Assembly (NCBI GenBank): GCA_043756865.1
Contig: JAYUQG010000025.1
Location: forward strand, 921-64,920
Source of the DNA: a bacterium
Lineage (GTDB): Bacteria > Patescibacteriota > Minisyncoccia > Phycocordibacterales > UBA6899
Reading direction: 5' to 3'
Length of the DNA stretch: 64,000 bases
Below, piece by piece: positions 50,448 through 60,119 of the stretch. Within the stretch, counting starts at the first letter, position 1. The number at the start of each line of letters is the position of its first letter. The notes beneath the pieces were generated by a model, which was given only the letters and a program-made list of their open reading frames with translations, did no database searches and was not told the DNA's origin. Both the position numbers and the translations under genes were made by a program.

Positions 50448-52265
50448 CTATGGCATCATTCCCACCTGCTTCTCCTGCCACGGGGTGCCCGCATTCACCA
50501 CAACCGTGTCTACTGTAGTGCTATATCCTGTCTTTGTAACAGTGAGATTGTATGTGCCATTCGAAAGACCTTGAAAAATGACTTGCCCTGGCGGCACACA
50601 CGCGGAAGTGAATGTAAACTGTGCATCAGAAATATTTGGGGTGAGCGTACTCGACGCGGTGCTTAAATACATCTTGTAACGCAAATAGCGGTGGCCATTG
50701 TGTGCCGGCGAAACATCGGTTGTGGTCGACGTGTAAAACGTGCTGGCAGTACCGTCGGGGCCTATATAGTTCCAAGAACTCGTCGAATTTCCTGTTGCAA
50801 GATGAAAAAGCGCGCTATTTACCCCCGTATCCGGTGGTTGGGTTGAAGGGAAAAATGTAAATTGATAGAAATTAGCGGGTGCCCCAGTATCAAATGTTGA
50901 CGAGGTAAGCTCTCCACTTGGTGAATAGGTACCAAGAGATTCTCTCAACTGTACCCCACCGGGGAGCCCTGACGTATCAATGTTGCCGTCATTGCTCGCA
51001 TGCATAGTAATATCCCCAATGTCACTTTGGCCCGAACCGCCCGACCAGTCTGTCTGACGAAGGTACCCTCTCCCCGTAACTTCCGTCGTAGAGGCACCCC
51101 CCCGTTCAAGTTTGACCGTAGCACCAGTAACAGGCAGCCCTGTTCCCACATCCTTCACGGTCACCACTACTGAGGACGGGTTTTTAGGCACCATTACTAA
51201 CTGTATGTTCTGTGTTGCACCGGGGGCTATGGCAATCGGGGTAAGCGGAACGATTCCCGCAACATCATATGCACTTGAAGTTGCAATAAGTGCGTATGAG
51301 TCCCACTCCACACCACTAAGCGTTTTTAATCCAGCACCATTGGTCATGGAAAACATATCGTACTTAAATACGTTGGGTGTAGTCGCAATAAGCTTACTTC
51401 CCGTGAGCTGAAAATTCACATTTGGTACAACTGCACATGAGGGAGTCACACTTGAAAAATCTAGTGTCGCAGTACGATCAATCATAAACGTAAGTTGTGT
51501 CACCGCTTGTATGGCAACCGTTGCATGTGGTTTCACGGGATTCGTTGTCGTCGGTGCACCATACGTTTGTTCTGATGAGTATCCCGTTTTACTCACGGCA
51601 ATTTCATACGACCCCACTGCTGGTGGTGCCCCAACAAGCTGCAGCATGCCCGTGAGCGTTGTGCTGTCGTTGATATTTACCACGGGCACACTTGACCCAT
51701 TGTACACACGCACATTTGCGGAAGGTACAGGGAGCCCACCGGAATCAATGACACGCACAAACAATGAACCATCAGTGGAGGCGCTCTCGAGATTGAGAGG
51801 AGCAATGCTCGTGGTAAATATTAGCGGACGGAAATTTGGACAGGATACACAGGATAACTCAACCTCCACCAATTTATTATCTGCAGGAGAAAGGTCATCA
51901 GGGGCACCGCCGGCAGTACCATCAAATGGCTGGTCAAGGTTACGAACAGTTGTTGTGGAAATGAACGTTTTTCCTCCAGAAATGACTGTCTGCACGGGTG
52001 GAATCACTCCCGCAGGAATTCCCCCAATGGTTCCCACCTGAGCATACGGAAGATTGCGGATAATTTCGAACTGCGCGTTCGCCGCAGCTGTTGCGTCTAC
52101 TCGCGCCTGTGCATACCGCGCCACCACAAACACGCGTTGATACGTTGCAAAAATGGTTGTCGCGATAAAAGCAAACAAGGCAACACCAATCACTGTTTCA
52201 ATAAGTGACAGGCCACGCATATGCCCTGCATAATTTGTTGAAGAAATATATGTTCGGTTGATCAT
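50448..52265 (-). CDS. large PilV-like minor pilin with carboxypeptidase-regulatory-like beta-sandwich domains
   Basis: G|LSLIE motif; repeated VxVxD..G.PV..A.V and YxxxVxKxGY. Confidence 0.8.
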   Translation of the reverse strand: MINRTYISSTNYAGHMRGLSLIETVIGVALFAFIATTIFATYQRVFVVARYAQARVDATAAANAQFEIIRNLPYAQVGTIGGIPAGVIPPVQTVISGGKTFISTTTVRNLDQPFDGTAGGAPDDLSPADNKLVEVELSCVSCPNFRPLIFTTSIAPLNLESASTDGSLFVRVIDSGGLPVPSANVRVYNGSSVPVVNINDSTTLTGMLQLVGAPPAVGSYEIAVSKTGYSSEQTYGAPTTTNPVKPHATVAIQAVTQLTFMIDRTATLDFSSVTPSCAVVPNVNFQLTGSKLIATTPNVFKYDMFSMTNGAGLKTLSGVEWDSYALIATSSAYDVAGIVPLTPIAIAPGATQNIQLVMVPKNPSSVVVTVKDVGTGLPVTGATVKLERGGASTTEVTGRGYLRQTDWSGGSGQSDIGDITMHASNDGNIDTSGLPGGVQLRESLGTYSPSGELTSSTFDTGAPANFYQFTFFPSTQPPDTGVNSALFHLATGNSTSSWNYIGPDGTASTFYTSTTTDVSPAHNGHRYLRYKMYLSTASSTLTPNISDAQFTFTSACVPPGQVIFQGLSNGTYNLTVTKTGYSTTVDTVVVNAGTPWQEKQVGMMP

Positions 52266-52288
52266 ATCAAAAACACAAACAAGGAAAA

Positions 52289-54118
52289 TTAAAACTCATT
52301 CCATCGATTCGCATTCCATGCTCCTGTAGTAGAGGTGGCCGAGGATGTAAATGTGAGACTTGCCACTATCGGGTCGTAATTGATCGCCGCGTTGTTTTGC
52401 AGACTTATCATGTAACCCACAACGGCGGTAACAACAGCATTATTTGATATATCAAGCAACGACTCGGTCGTGTAAAAAAGCGCTCCGTCAACGTTATTTT
52501 CTATCGCCAGTGCGCTATTATTTGTCGTGCACCCCGTACCCACCGTACCCATGCACCCTTGTTTTGTAGAAAGCAGCATCACAAAACTTCCGGGAGTTCC
52601 CGAGCCCATAAACGTCACGTTATTACGCACACGAATATAGCCATCCACAATCACCACACAACTATTGCCTAGAAAGGCGAATGCGCAACGGACCTGACTA
52701 TTATTATTGACATCCATATTTCCCGTAATGTGCAGAGTCCCATTTATCGTCAAGGTCACTCCCCCATCAATAACTAAATTACCGTCTATCTTCTTCGGGC
52801 CCATCGCCAATGGAAACGTATTGCACGCTGGAACTCCGCCCACACCACAGTTGCCAGTAATCGTCGCTCCGGAGGCCGCGTCCGTTTTCCACTGAGCAAT
52901 GGTTGTAGTGGAAAGTGGGAGCGGAATACTGGGTGGGGTTGGTGAACCAGGGAATGAGGTTCCTCCAACGGTCGACCCCGAAATCGTTTGGTAGTAGGCG
53001 CTACCTCCAATTGTTGTATTCACAATGGAATCCGCTTTTGCGGCACCGGAAATAACGAGGTCTCTAATTTGACTCACTCCTCCTCCAAGTGTGATTTTAA
53101 AAGCCATGTCGCCCGCAACGGCAGTCCATGCCCCCGCAGTACTCCAGTCTAATTTATAAAAAGGTGAATGGCCCGCATATGTATCGCTATTGCTTCTACA
53201 CCACGTCCAATACTTGGAAGCGCTCTGCGTCGCATCCAACACAATCCAATATGGAGTTGCAGGATTAAGCGTTGCCGGAACAGTAAACCCAATATCAACC
53301 CAACCATACGTAGTAGCGACCAAGGAATTATCGAGTACTTGGGTAGCGAGTGCTGTCGTACCCGGTGCCCCTGCATTGTCCGCCACAATCTGTATATTTG
53401 CACCTGTGGGGTTGCTATTGCGTTTTATATATAGAGACACCTTTGCGAGAGGAGACGGGGTGGACGTACTAATCATAAAACGTTGGGCAAAGTCGATATC
53501 CGGGTTCGCGCGACCCACTGTTTCATCTACCACACAAATGGTTGAACTTGCCAACATGTCCGCAGCCAGCGATGAGCCAGAAATTGCATTTCCGGTAATC
53601 AGCACATTAGAGCCTCCGATAATTTGCCCACTTGAATAGACGTCACCATTTGCTAACCCGATTCCATCAATGGAAGTGTTGTTACTCAGCCGTAGTCCGC
53701 CCGCACCCACCTGTGCACCGTATGGAAAATTCACACTGACAGACTTATTCATCTTCATAAACAACTTGCGAACTTGTTGCTTTGAAACTCCAGTAGAATA
53801 AATTTCTCTTTCCGTGACGGTGACATCAACGACTGCCACTGTTGTGGTCGCACCATTCATCACGAGCGTTTGGGAGGCAGGTACATTACGTCCAGTAATT
53901 GTGCGGTAAAAAATATCTTCGATTCCCGCCTCTGCGACAACATGGGCATATTTTGATGTTACCAGCCCACTGTAGAGGCGAAGTTCGGCTATTGCGACAA
54001 GTGTGACCATCTGAAGAATAGCAACAGATATTCCCACAAAAAACAAAATAACAAGAAGCATGGCTGCACCGCGCGAGCGTTGAACTGATCCACGAGTTGT
54101 TACTGGTGTGTGTGTCAT
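52289..54118 (-). CDS. large PilX-like minor pilin/adhesin
   Basis: RG|AAML signal, AEAGI motif, T/G/N-rich beta domains. Confidence 0.75.
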   Translation of the reverse strand: MTHTPVTTRGSVQRSRGAAMLLVILFFVGISVAILQMVTLVAIAELRLYSGLVTSKYAHVVAEAGIEDIFYRTITGRNVPASQTLVMNGATTTVAVVDVTVTEREIYSTGVSKQQVRKLFMKMNKSVSVNFPYGAQVGAGGLRLSNNTSIDGIGLANGDVYSSGQIIGGSNVLITGNAISGSSLAADMLASSTICVVDETVGRANPDIDFAQRFMISTSTPSPLAKVSLYIKRNSNPTGANIQIVADNAGAPGTTALATQVLDNSLVATTYGWVDIGFTVPATLNPATPYWIVLDATQSASKYWTWCRSNSDTYAGHSPFYKLDWSTAGAWTAVAGDMAFKITLGGGVSQIRDLVISGAAKADSIVNTTIGGSAYYQTISGSTVGGTSFPGSPTPPSIPLPLSTTTIAQWKTDAASGATITGNCGVGGVPACNTFPLAMGPKKIDGNLVIDGGVTLTINGTLHITGNMDVNNNSQVRCAFAFLGNSCVVIVDGYIRVRNNVTFMGSGTPGSFVMLLSTKQGCMGTVGTGCTTNNSALAIENNVDGALFYTTESLLDISNNAVVTAVVGYMISLQNNAAINYDPIVASLTFTSSATSTTGAWNANRWNEF

Positions 54119-54123
54119 ATCAC

Positions 54124-54642
54124 TTAGTACGTACCGCGCATAATCGTCGTATTATAAAAATGATCAATGTCGGTGATAGACCCACGAGTGGACTCGAGAT
54201 GCAGCTCCGTCTTTACCCCAATTGTGGCACCTGCGGCGACATAGTAAAAAACCAGTCCGTCTATTTTTGTACGGGAAGAAAGAAGCGAGCCGCGGTCTAC
54301 TCCATTTTCCCTGACGCGCAAAGACGATGTCGCAACATAATACTCAACGGTCATTGACGTCCCCGATGCGCTCACGGTTTGAAAAGTGAGGCGACCGGGA
54401 TTTGCCCCGAATGTGCTGTTCACAAGATCGATTTGCGTTCCGCCTCGGAGATCGCGGGTGAGGCGCTCCATCACCGTCACGGCTGAATCATTAATATCTC
54501 GTGTCGCGCGAAGTTCATTTGAAATACGGATTGCACTCATGAGCGAATTCACTAGCACGACTGATATCATGGCAAATAGCCCAATGTAGACAGTGAGCTC
54601 TACCATTGAAAAACCCCTCTGTTTGTTATGGTACATCTGCAT
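54124..54642 (-). CDS. PilW-like minor pilin
   Basis: G|FSMVE motif. Confidence 0.85.
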   Translation of the reverse strand: MQMYHNKQRGFSMVELTVYIGLFAMISVVLVNSLMSAIRISNELRATRDINDSAVTVMERLTRDLRGGTQIDLVNSTFGANPGRLTFQTVSASGTSMTVEYYVATSSLRVRENGVDRGSLLSSRTKIDGLVFYYVAAGATIGVKTELHLESTRGSITDIDHFYNTTIMRGTY

Positions 54643-54643
54643 A

Positions 54644-55162
54644 TTAGTTGCTGAAAAGGTTCGTTATGTAAGTTTCAGCCGAATCGGTGGTAGAAGCATT
54701 TCCGCCCTTTCTTGGCCAAGACACGTCGATATGAATCTTTTTTGTACCTGGATCGTGTGTTCCAGTGCTCGCGATTGTGTCATTCACGTCACGAAACACG
54801 TCGGTAATAAGCACGCTTCTGGTAAAGACGTTCTCAATTTTTTGCACGGTAGTTGTGGCACCCCATACGGTGCCGTTCCAATATAGATAATACGCGGTGG
54901 TTGTCGAAAGTGGTGCGACGCGGAGTGCCCAGCTTTCATCGCGCAGAAGCTTTATAACGTCCATTCCCTCCTCAATTAAAAATCCGGACTGTATGTGGCG
55001 TGTAGTATCCTGACTCACATCAAGCACTTTCTTGTAATAGGTAACAAGCGCAACCATAAAAAATGAGAAAATGCTTGCAACAACAACTACTTCGATGAGG
55101 GAAAATCCGCGCGCGTTCGGAGTTTTCTTTATTTGGTAAAGTGGGGTACTTCTTGAGTGCAT
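54644..55162 (-). CDS. PilV-like minor pilin
   Basis: G|FSLIE motif. Confidence 0.85.
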   Translation of the reverse strand: MHSRSTPLYQIKKTPNARGFSLIEVVVVASIFSFFMVALVTYYKKVLDVSQDTTRHIQSGFLIEEGMDVIKLLRDESWALRVAPLSTTTAYYLYWNGTVWGATTTVQKIENVFTRSVLITDVFRDVNDTIASTGTHDPGTKKIHIDVSWPRKGGNASTTDSAETYITNLFSN

Positions 55163-55243
55163 ACGTACTCTAATTGCTGGGGTGCCGCCTTTTGCCTGCA
55201 GTCAGATTACACCCAGTATAGCAAACAAGATGCAGTGCAGGAA

Positions 55244-55729
55244 TCACTGGAGAGAAACAACACCAACCTGACTAATACTGATGGTGTTCTTGGTCGTGGT
55301 TGCAGACTTTGCGCGCACCACAAATGACCCATACTGCATGGTCCCCCCCTGAATACGACCAAAGAATACTTCCGCTCCCCCACCATTCAGGCTAATGTCC
55401 GCAATTTCTACAGTGGAAGGGAGTTTGTACCGGATATTCCCCACAGCAGTATCACCAGGATATGTAGCACCTTTAAAATAAATAACTTCGTCACTTTGTA
55501 CTGCAACCCCGTAGGGGCTGTCGTTTTTTGAGGAAATAGTGTCGAGGTGCGCCTGAGAAAACGCAACCATCACCATTTCGACGGCGGCATCAAGGTTCTT
55601 GCGTGCGCGAAATTGCGAAAATGAGAGGATAATAACCGCAGCAATAAGCGACATGATCCCAATGGCGATCACCATATCCACAAGTGAAAAACCTTGCTGG
55701 TACTTACGGGCTATAATTTTGTACTGCAT
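55244..55729 (-). CDS. FimU/GspH-like minor pilin
   Basis: G|FSLVD motif (Asp at +5). Confidence 0.8.
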   Translation of the reverse strand: MQYKIIARKYQQGFSLVDMVIAIGIMSLIAAVIILSFSQFRARKNLDAAVEMVMVAFSQAHLDTISSKNDSPYGVAVQSDEVIYFKGATYPGDTAVGNIRYKLPSTVEIADISLNGGGAEVFFGRIQGGTMQYGSFVVRAKSATTTKNTISISQVGVVSLQ

Positions 55730-55751
55730 ACATCAGGAATGTCCTAGCTGT

Positions 55752-56969
55752 CTAGATATTCGTCATGAGGGTATACATCGGAGTAATCATTGCGATGGCA
55801 AAAATACCCACAAAGATTGCGATAGTTACCATGAGTAGCGGCTCAATGAGTTTCGACATGTCCGCAGTAGCCTGATCAACTTCTTCTTCATAAAAAATAG
55901 CAATCTTTAAAAGCATTCCGGAGAGTTGCCCCGTCTCTTCCCCCACTTCCATCATGTCTCCAACCATCACCGGATAAATTTCAGCATTGTCGATAAACAC
56001 CTTTGAAAGCGGCACACCTTTCTGCACGTCTGCCTTCGCCTGATCAAGTGTTTCCTTGTAAAAAATATTAGTCGCAACATCCCTGGTGATTTCAATAGCG
56101 TGCACAATGTCGACGCCAGCAGAGATGAGCGAGGAAAGTGTGCGTGTCACAAGCGCAGAGTTGAATTCCTTAATCAGCTTTCCAAAAATCGGAGAGCGCA
56201 GTACTGTCCACGCTATCGCACGGCTTCCATACGGCGTTGACTGAAACCACCAGAACGCACCTCCAAATATTGCAGCGCCGAGAATCGCAAACAGGTAATC
56301 ATTTTGCAAGAAATCACTCACCGCGATAACTCCACGCGTAAGTGGAGGAAGAGCAACTTCCATTTCTTTAAATGTCGAAGAGAGTCCGGGAACGACATAA
56401 ATCATCATCAGCACACCGACGGCGAGCATGACGAGAAGCACAATCGCGGGATACATCATCGCGCCCTTCACTTTCTTTTTGAGTGTGTAAGTCTTCTCCA
56501 TTTGCCCACCAACGGTATTTAATGCTTCAACAAGACCCCCCGACTCTTCTCCCGCACGCACCATTGAAACAAATACGGGCTCAAATACCTTGGGAAACTT
56601 TTCCATTGCGTCGGAAAGTGCAATGCCTTTATTGATATCCTCAATAATGGAGCGAAGCACTTCGCGCATTTTTGGGTTCTGTGTTTGCTTCAAGAAGATT
56701 TGGAGAGAGCGCGAAAGAGGAAGCCCAGCTTGTATCATGGTTGCAAGATTACGTGAAAGCAGAATCTTTTCACGCAGGTCAACGCGAGAAAGGAACGCGT
56801 TAATCTTATCCATATTGAAAGAATGCTCCGACATCTCGGTTGCAGTAAGTAGCAGTTTCCCTTCTGCCTTCATGTTCTTTGCAAGCTCGAACTTATCAGA
56901 CGCCTCACCAGTACCTTCCATTTCAGCGCCGGTCGCCATGAGCTGCGCCTTGTATATATATTTTGGCAT
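55752..56969 (-). CDS. pilC: type IV pilus platform protein PilC (GspF family)
   Basis: AGEESGGL, AMMYP and VGEETGQL..IEP motifs. Confidence 0.95.
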   Translation of the reverse strand: MPKYIYKAQLMATGAEMEGTGEASDKFELAKNMKAEGKLLLTATEMSEHSFNMDKINAFLSRVDLREKILLSRNLATMIQAGLPLSRSLQIFLKQTQNPKMREVLRSIIEDINKGIALSDAMEKFPKVFEPVFVSMVRAGEESGGLVEALNTVGGQMEKTYTLKKKVKGAMMYPAIVLLVMLAVGVLMMIYVVPGLSSTFKEMEVALPPLTRGVIAVSDFLQNDYLFAILGAAIFGGAFWWFQSTPYGSRAIAWTVLRSPIFGKLIKEFNSALVTRTLSSLISAGVDIVHAIEITRDVATNIFYKETLDQAKADVQKGVPLSKVFIDNAEIYPVMVGDMMEVGEETGQLSGMLLKIAIFYEEEVDQATADMSKLIEPLLMVTIAIFVGIFAIAMITPMYTLMTNI

Positions 56970-57044
56970 ACTGTTTCTATTATATAGTATTCTTTTGAAA
57001 CAATTGGGGCATTTGCGCGACGAATGTGTACAACCCACTGACCT

Positions 57045-57620
57045 TTACCTTGCGACCTCACTACATGGTGCAAAATCACACATAGGTGGGACCCGTTTTG
57101 CATTCTCACCGTTAGGGCAAACTTTTTGGTCTGGAGTACACATGACTCCTCCACCGGGCAATTTTACTCTTGCCCTGTTTGCCGTCGTCGGATCTGGGGC
57201 TGGTGAAGTATTTGCCTCTACTGATGAGCTTGCAGTAGTATTTTTAGGCACAACAACCGCAGTCACCTGTGTGCTGTCTACTGAAAGACTGGAAATCACA
57301 TAGCGATCCAATAAAACGTAAGTAAGTGCAGCAAACCCAAGAATTGCCCCAAGTGGGAGCATCCAATGCGTCACAAAGTGTAGTAAACTGCGACCCTTAT
57401 GCAGTAAATGTTCCTTGCGCTCTATGCTTTTCAGTTCATCGTGCTCAAATGCATCTTTCAGCGTGCTTCTTTTTGTCAGGTTCAAAAAGTTTCTCCCGTA
57501 CTGCAAATCTTGAGGTGACCATGTACCGAGCATGAGCTGCTGTTCAATCTCGTCATCACGCAAGCCATCAAGGCGTGCCTGCTTAATTTGTGCAATAACG
57601 GGCTTTTCCGATTCATCCAT
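57045..57620 (-). CDS. membrane protein with C-terminal four-Cys motif
   Basis: TM helix, S/T linker, CTPDQKVCPNG..CDFAPC. Confidence 0.7.
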   Translation of the reverse strand: MDESEKPVIAQIKQARLDGLRDDEIEQQLMLGTWSPQDLQYGRNFLNLTKRSTLKDAFEHDELKSIERKEHLLHKGRSLLHFVTHWMLPLGAILGFAALTYVLLDRYVISSLSVDSTQVTAVVVPKNTTASSSVEANTSPAPDPTTANRARVKLPGGGVMCTPDQKVCPNGENAKRVPPMCDFAPCSEVAR

Positions 57621-57707
57621 ATAAATAATTATACAGCAAAGCAGATACTTCTCCACAACCGAGGCTCCTCAGCTGTGCTACAAAAAAACCGAGCATGTGC
57701 GCTCGGT

Positions 57708-58022
57708 TTATAACTTCGTTTGCTTTTCAAGATAAAAATCCCAGACCGTACGTCCTCCAAATCCCCCACGCTCCGCTCGCTTCTTGTCGCGCAATGCATA
57801 CAGTTGATGCATGGAAATTGACTTGTGTTCCGCAAGCGCGCGAATTATCTCAAGTATGTCTGCGAGCTCCTCGGGAGACTCGCTATCCATAAACTCTATA
57901 ACCTCCTCAAAAAGCTTCTCTTTCAAAAGCGCCGAATACTCAGCGTCAGAAGCGACATGTGTGAGCATTGTCTCCCCTTTGGCCATGGCGATTTCAGGTA
58001 TCTTATCGCGAATCAGTTTCAT
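57708..58022 (-). CDS. MazG-like nucleoside triphosphate pyrophosphohydrolase
   Basis: KLIRDKIP, EEVIE, EELADILE and ERGGF motifs. Confidence 0.88.
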   Translation of the reverse strand: MKLIRDKIPEIAMAKGETMLTHVASDAEYSALLKEKLFEEVIEFMDSESPEELADILEIIRALAEHKSISMHQLYALRDKKRAERGGFGGRTVWDFYLEKQTKL

Positions 58023-58153
58023 GGGACAATTCCCTCATATCTTACTGCTTCTATGCTACTGGGCAAACCGCATTCGGGCAATTTTATAGAGTACGGTTGC
58101 CACAACTGCACAAGTAAGTGTGCGCAGCTCCAGCAAAGGAGGTGAATTAAGCG

Positions 58154-59905
58154 TTATTCGCTTACGACTCTATAGACCTCCTCAATGGTGGTCTGCCCTT
58201 GAGCTGCCTTATAGATACCATCTTCAAGCATTGTGAGCATGCCTTCTTTGCGTGCTTGGTCTTCAATCTTCTCGGCAGATGAATTCACTACCGCAAGGTC
58301 ACGGATGCCGGTCGTCATACGGAGCACTTCATGGATGCCGATACGTCCTTTATATCCCTCATCACACTCTGGTGAGGACTTCGGTTTGTAAAACGGAATA
58401 TTGTCCCAGTCGGCGTCCTTGCCTACAACATTTTCCTCTTTGAGCGCCTTGAGTACGCGGTCGAGATTTGCCTTCTTTCCGAGTGCATCAATTTCTGCTT
58501 TTGTGAGTGTGTATTTTTCTTTGACACCGCAGAGCTTGCGCACAAGTCGTTGCCCAATAATAACGTTCACGGTTGAAATAATAAGAAACGGCTCAGCACC
58601 CATGTCGATAAAGCGCGGGAGTGTGCCGGCTGCGGAATTTGTATGCAGTGTCGAGAGCACAAGATGTCCGGTGAGTGCCGCATTGATGCCGAGTGAGGCG
58701 GTTTCACTATCACGAATTTCTCCCACCATGATAATGTCAGGGTCCTGACGCAGTAGCGCGCGCAAGCCCATGGCAAACGTCAATCCGATATCAGGCTTCA
58801 CCTGTGTTTGGTTGATGCGTGGCATCTGATACTCAATCGGGTCTTCAATAGTGGAAATATTTACGTCAGGTTTATTCAAAATGTCGAGCACCGTATAGAG
58901 CGTTGTTGTCTTTCCCGAACCCGTTGGTCCTGTAACTAAGACCATGCCCACGCGTTGATTCATCGCATCATGCAGCGCCTCAAGACCTTGTCCATGAAAC
59001 CCGAGTGACTCAAGCGAAAATCCACCCGATGATTCCCGCAAAAGACGCATAACCGTCTTTTCACCGTGATGTGTGGGAAGTGTCGAAACGCGGAATGACA
59101 CTTTTTCGTTGTTCAATTGAATCTTGAAACGACCGTCTTGAGGGAGACGTTTTTCATCAAGTTTCAAATTTGAAAGCACTTTGATTCGCGCGGTAATACC
59201 CGGCGCGGAGTCGCGAGGCAACACCATCGCATCGTGCAGAATACCGTCGATACGGTAGCGCACGAGCAATTGGTTTTCCATCGGCTCAATATGAATATCA
59301 GATGCGTTTTGAATAATTGCATGATTCAACAGCGTATCCACGATACGCACCACAGGCAAATCTTCGGCGAGCTTCTTCAGGTCCTTTTCTGAGGCAGGAT
59401 TGTCCTCGTCATCTGCAAGCATTTGAATCGACTGTGCCTCCTGTTGAATAATGTCACCAAACTCCGCCTTCAGTGATTTCTGGTACTGCAGTAGCGCACC
59501 CTTCACAGAGTCTTGGTCAGTGAGACGAGTCAAAACACGCGTTCCTACCTTTTTGCGCACAAAGTCGATTGCTTCGAGGTCGTCAACATCGAGCATCGCA
59601 ACTTCGAGTCCCGAGTCGGTTTTCCGAAACGCGACGATATTATGCTTCCGCGCGATAGGCTCGGGAATGAGGGAGAGTATTCCAAAATCAATTTTTTGAC
59701 CCTTCAAGTCAACAAATGGAATACCAAGAATGTACGCCTGCACGCGACGTAAATCATCCGAAGAAATCTTGCCCTGAGTGATGAGCACGTCACCGACACT
59801 ACCGCCTGATTTTTCAGCGTCTTTCTCCGCAGACAGGACTTCAGCACGAGTGGCGAGCCCTGAATCGAGTATAAACTTCTTGAGTTTGCTTTCTTGGACA
59901 AGCAT
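58154..59905 (-). CDS. pilB: type IV pilus assembly ATPase PilB (GspE family)
   Basis: GPTGSGKTT, TIEDPIE, LRQDPD and TGHLVLSTLH motifs. Confidence 0.95.
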   Translation of the reverse strand: MLVQESKLKKFILDSGLATRAEVLSAEKDAEKSGGSVGDVLITQGKISSDDLRRVQAYILGIPFVDLKGQKIDFGILSLIPEPIARKHNIVAFRKTDSGLEVAMLDVDDLEAIDFVRKKVGTRVLTRLTDQDSVKGALLQYQKSLKAEFGDIIQQEAQSIQMLADDEDNPASEKDLKKLAEDLPVVRIVDTLLNHAIIQNASDIHIEPMENQLLVRYRIDGILHDAMVLPRDSAPGITARIKVLSNLKLDEKRLPQDGRFKIQLNNEKVSFRVSTLPTHHGEKTVMRLLRESSGGFSLESLGFHGQGLEALHDAMNQRVGMVLVTGPTGSGKTTTLYTVLDILNKPDVNISTIEDPIEYQMPRINQTQVKPDIGLTFAMGLRALLRQDPDIIMVGEIRDSETASLGINAALTGHLVLSTLHTNSAAGTLPRFIDMGAEPFLIISTVNVIIGQRLVRKLCGVKEKYTLTKAEIDALGKKANLDRVLKALKEENVVGKDADWDNIPFYKPKSSPECDEGYKGRIGIHEVLRMTTGIRDLAVVNSSAEKIEDQARKEGMLTMLEDGIYKAAQGQTTIEEVYRVVSE

Positions 59906-59976
59906 GGTTTTTGCTTCCTCTATTATATGTGGTATTTCGTACATGGGAAAGCAAAACGTGTCTCAGCACAGAGCGC

Positions 59977-59989
59977 GGGGGGGGGGGGG
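59977..59989. repeat. G13 homopolymer
   Basis: Thirteen consecutive G in the pilB/nusA divergent intergenic region. Confidence 0.8.
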
Positions 59990-59993
59990 TGAA

Positions 59994-60021
59994 TTGACAA
60001 CGGTGCTTGCGTAGGTATACT
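59994..60021 (+). promoter_or_regulatory. sigma70 promoter for nusA
   Basis: TTGACA-16-TATACT. Confidence 0.65.
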
Positions 60022-60119
60022 TATTTCATACAAGCGAGATGCCTTAACGGTATCTTGCTCTGTTTTTTAAATGGAGGAATCTTGTCTATGTTATTCGTTA
60101 TTCGTAATAGGTACTACTT

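Noticed and set aside
57055-57145. Four-Cys C-terminal motif as a novel domain
   Set aside because: It resembles a motif I recall as common in CPR surface proteins.
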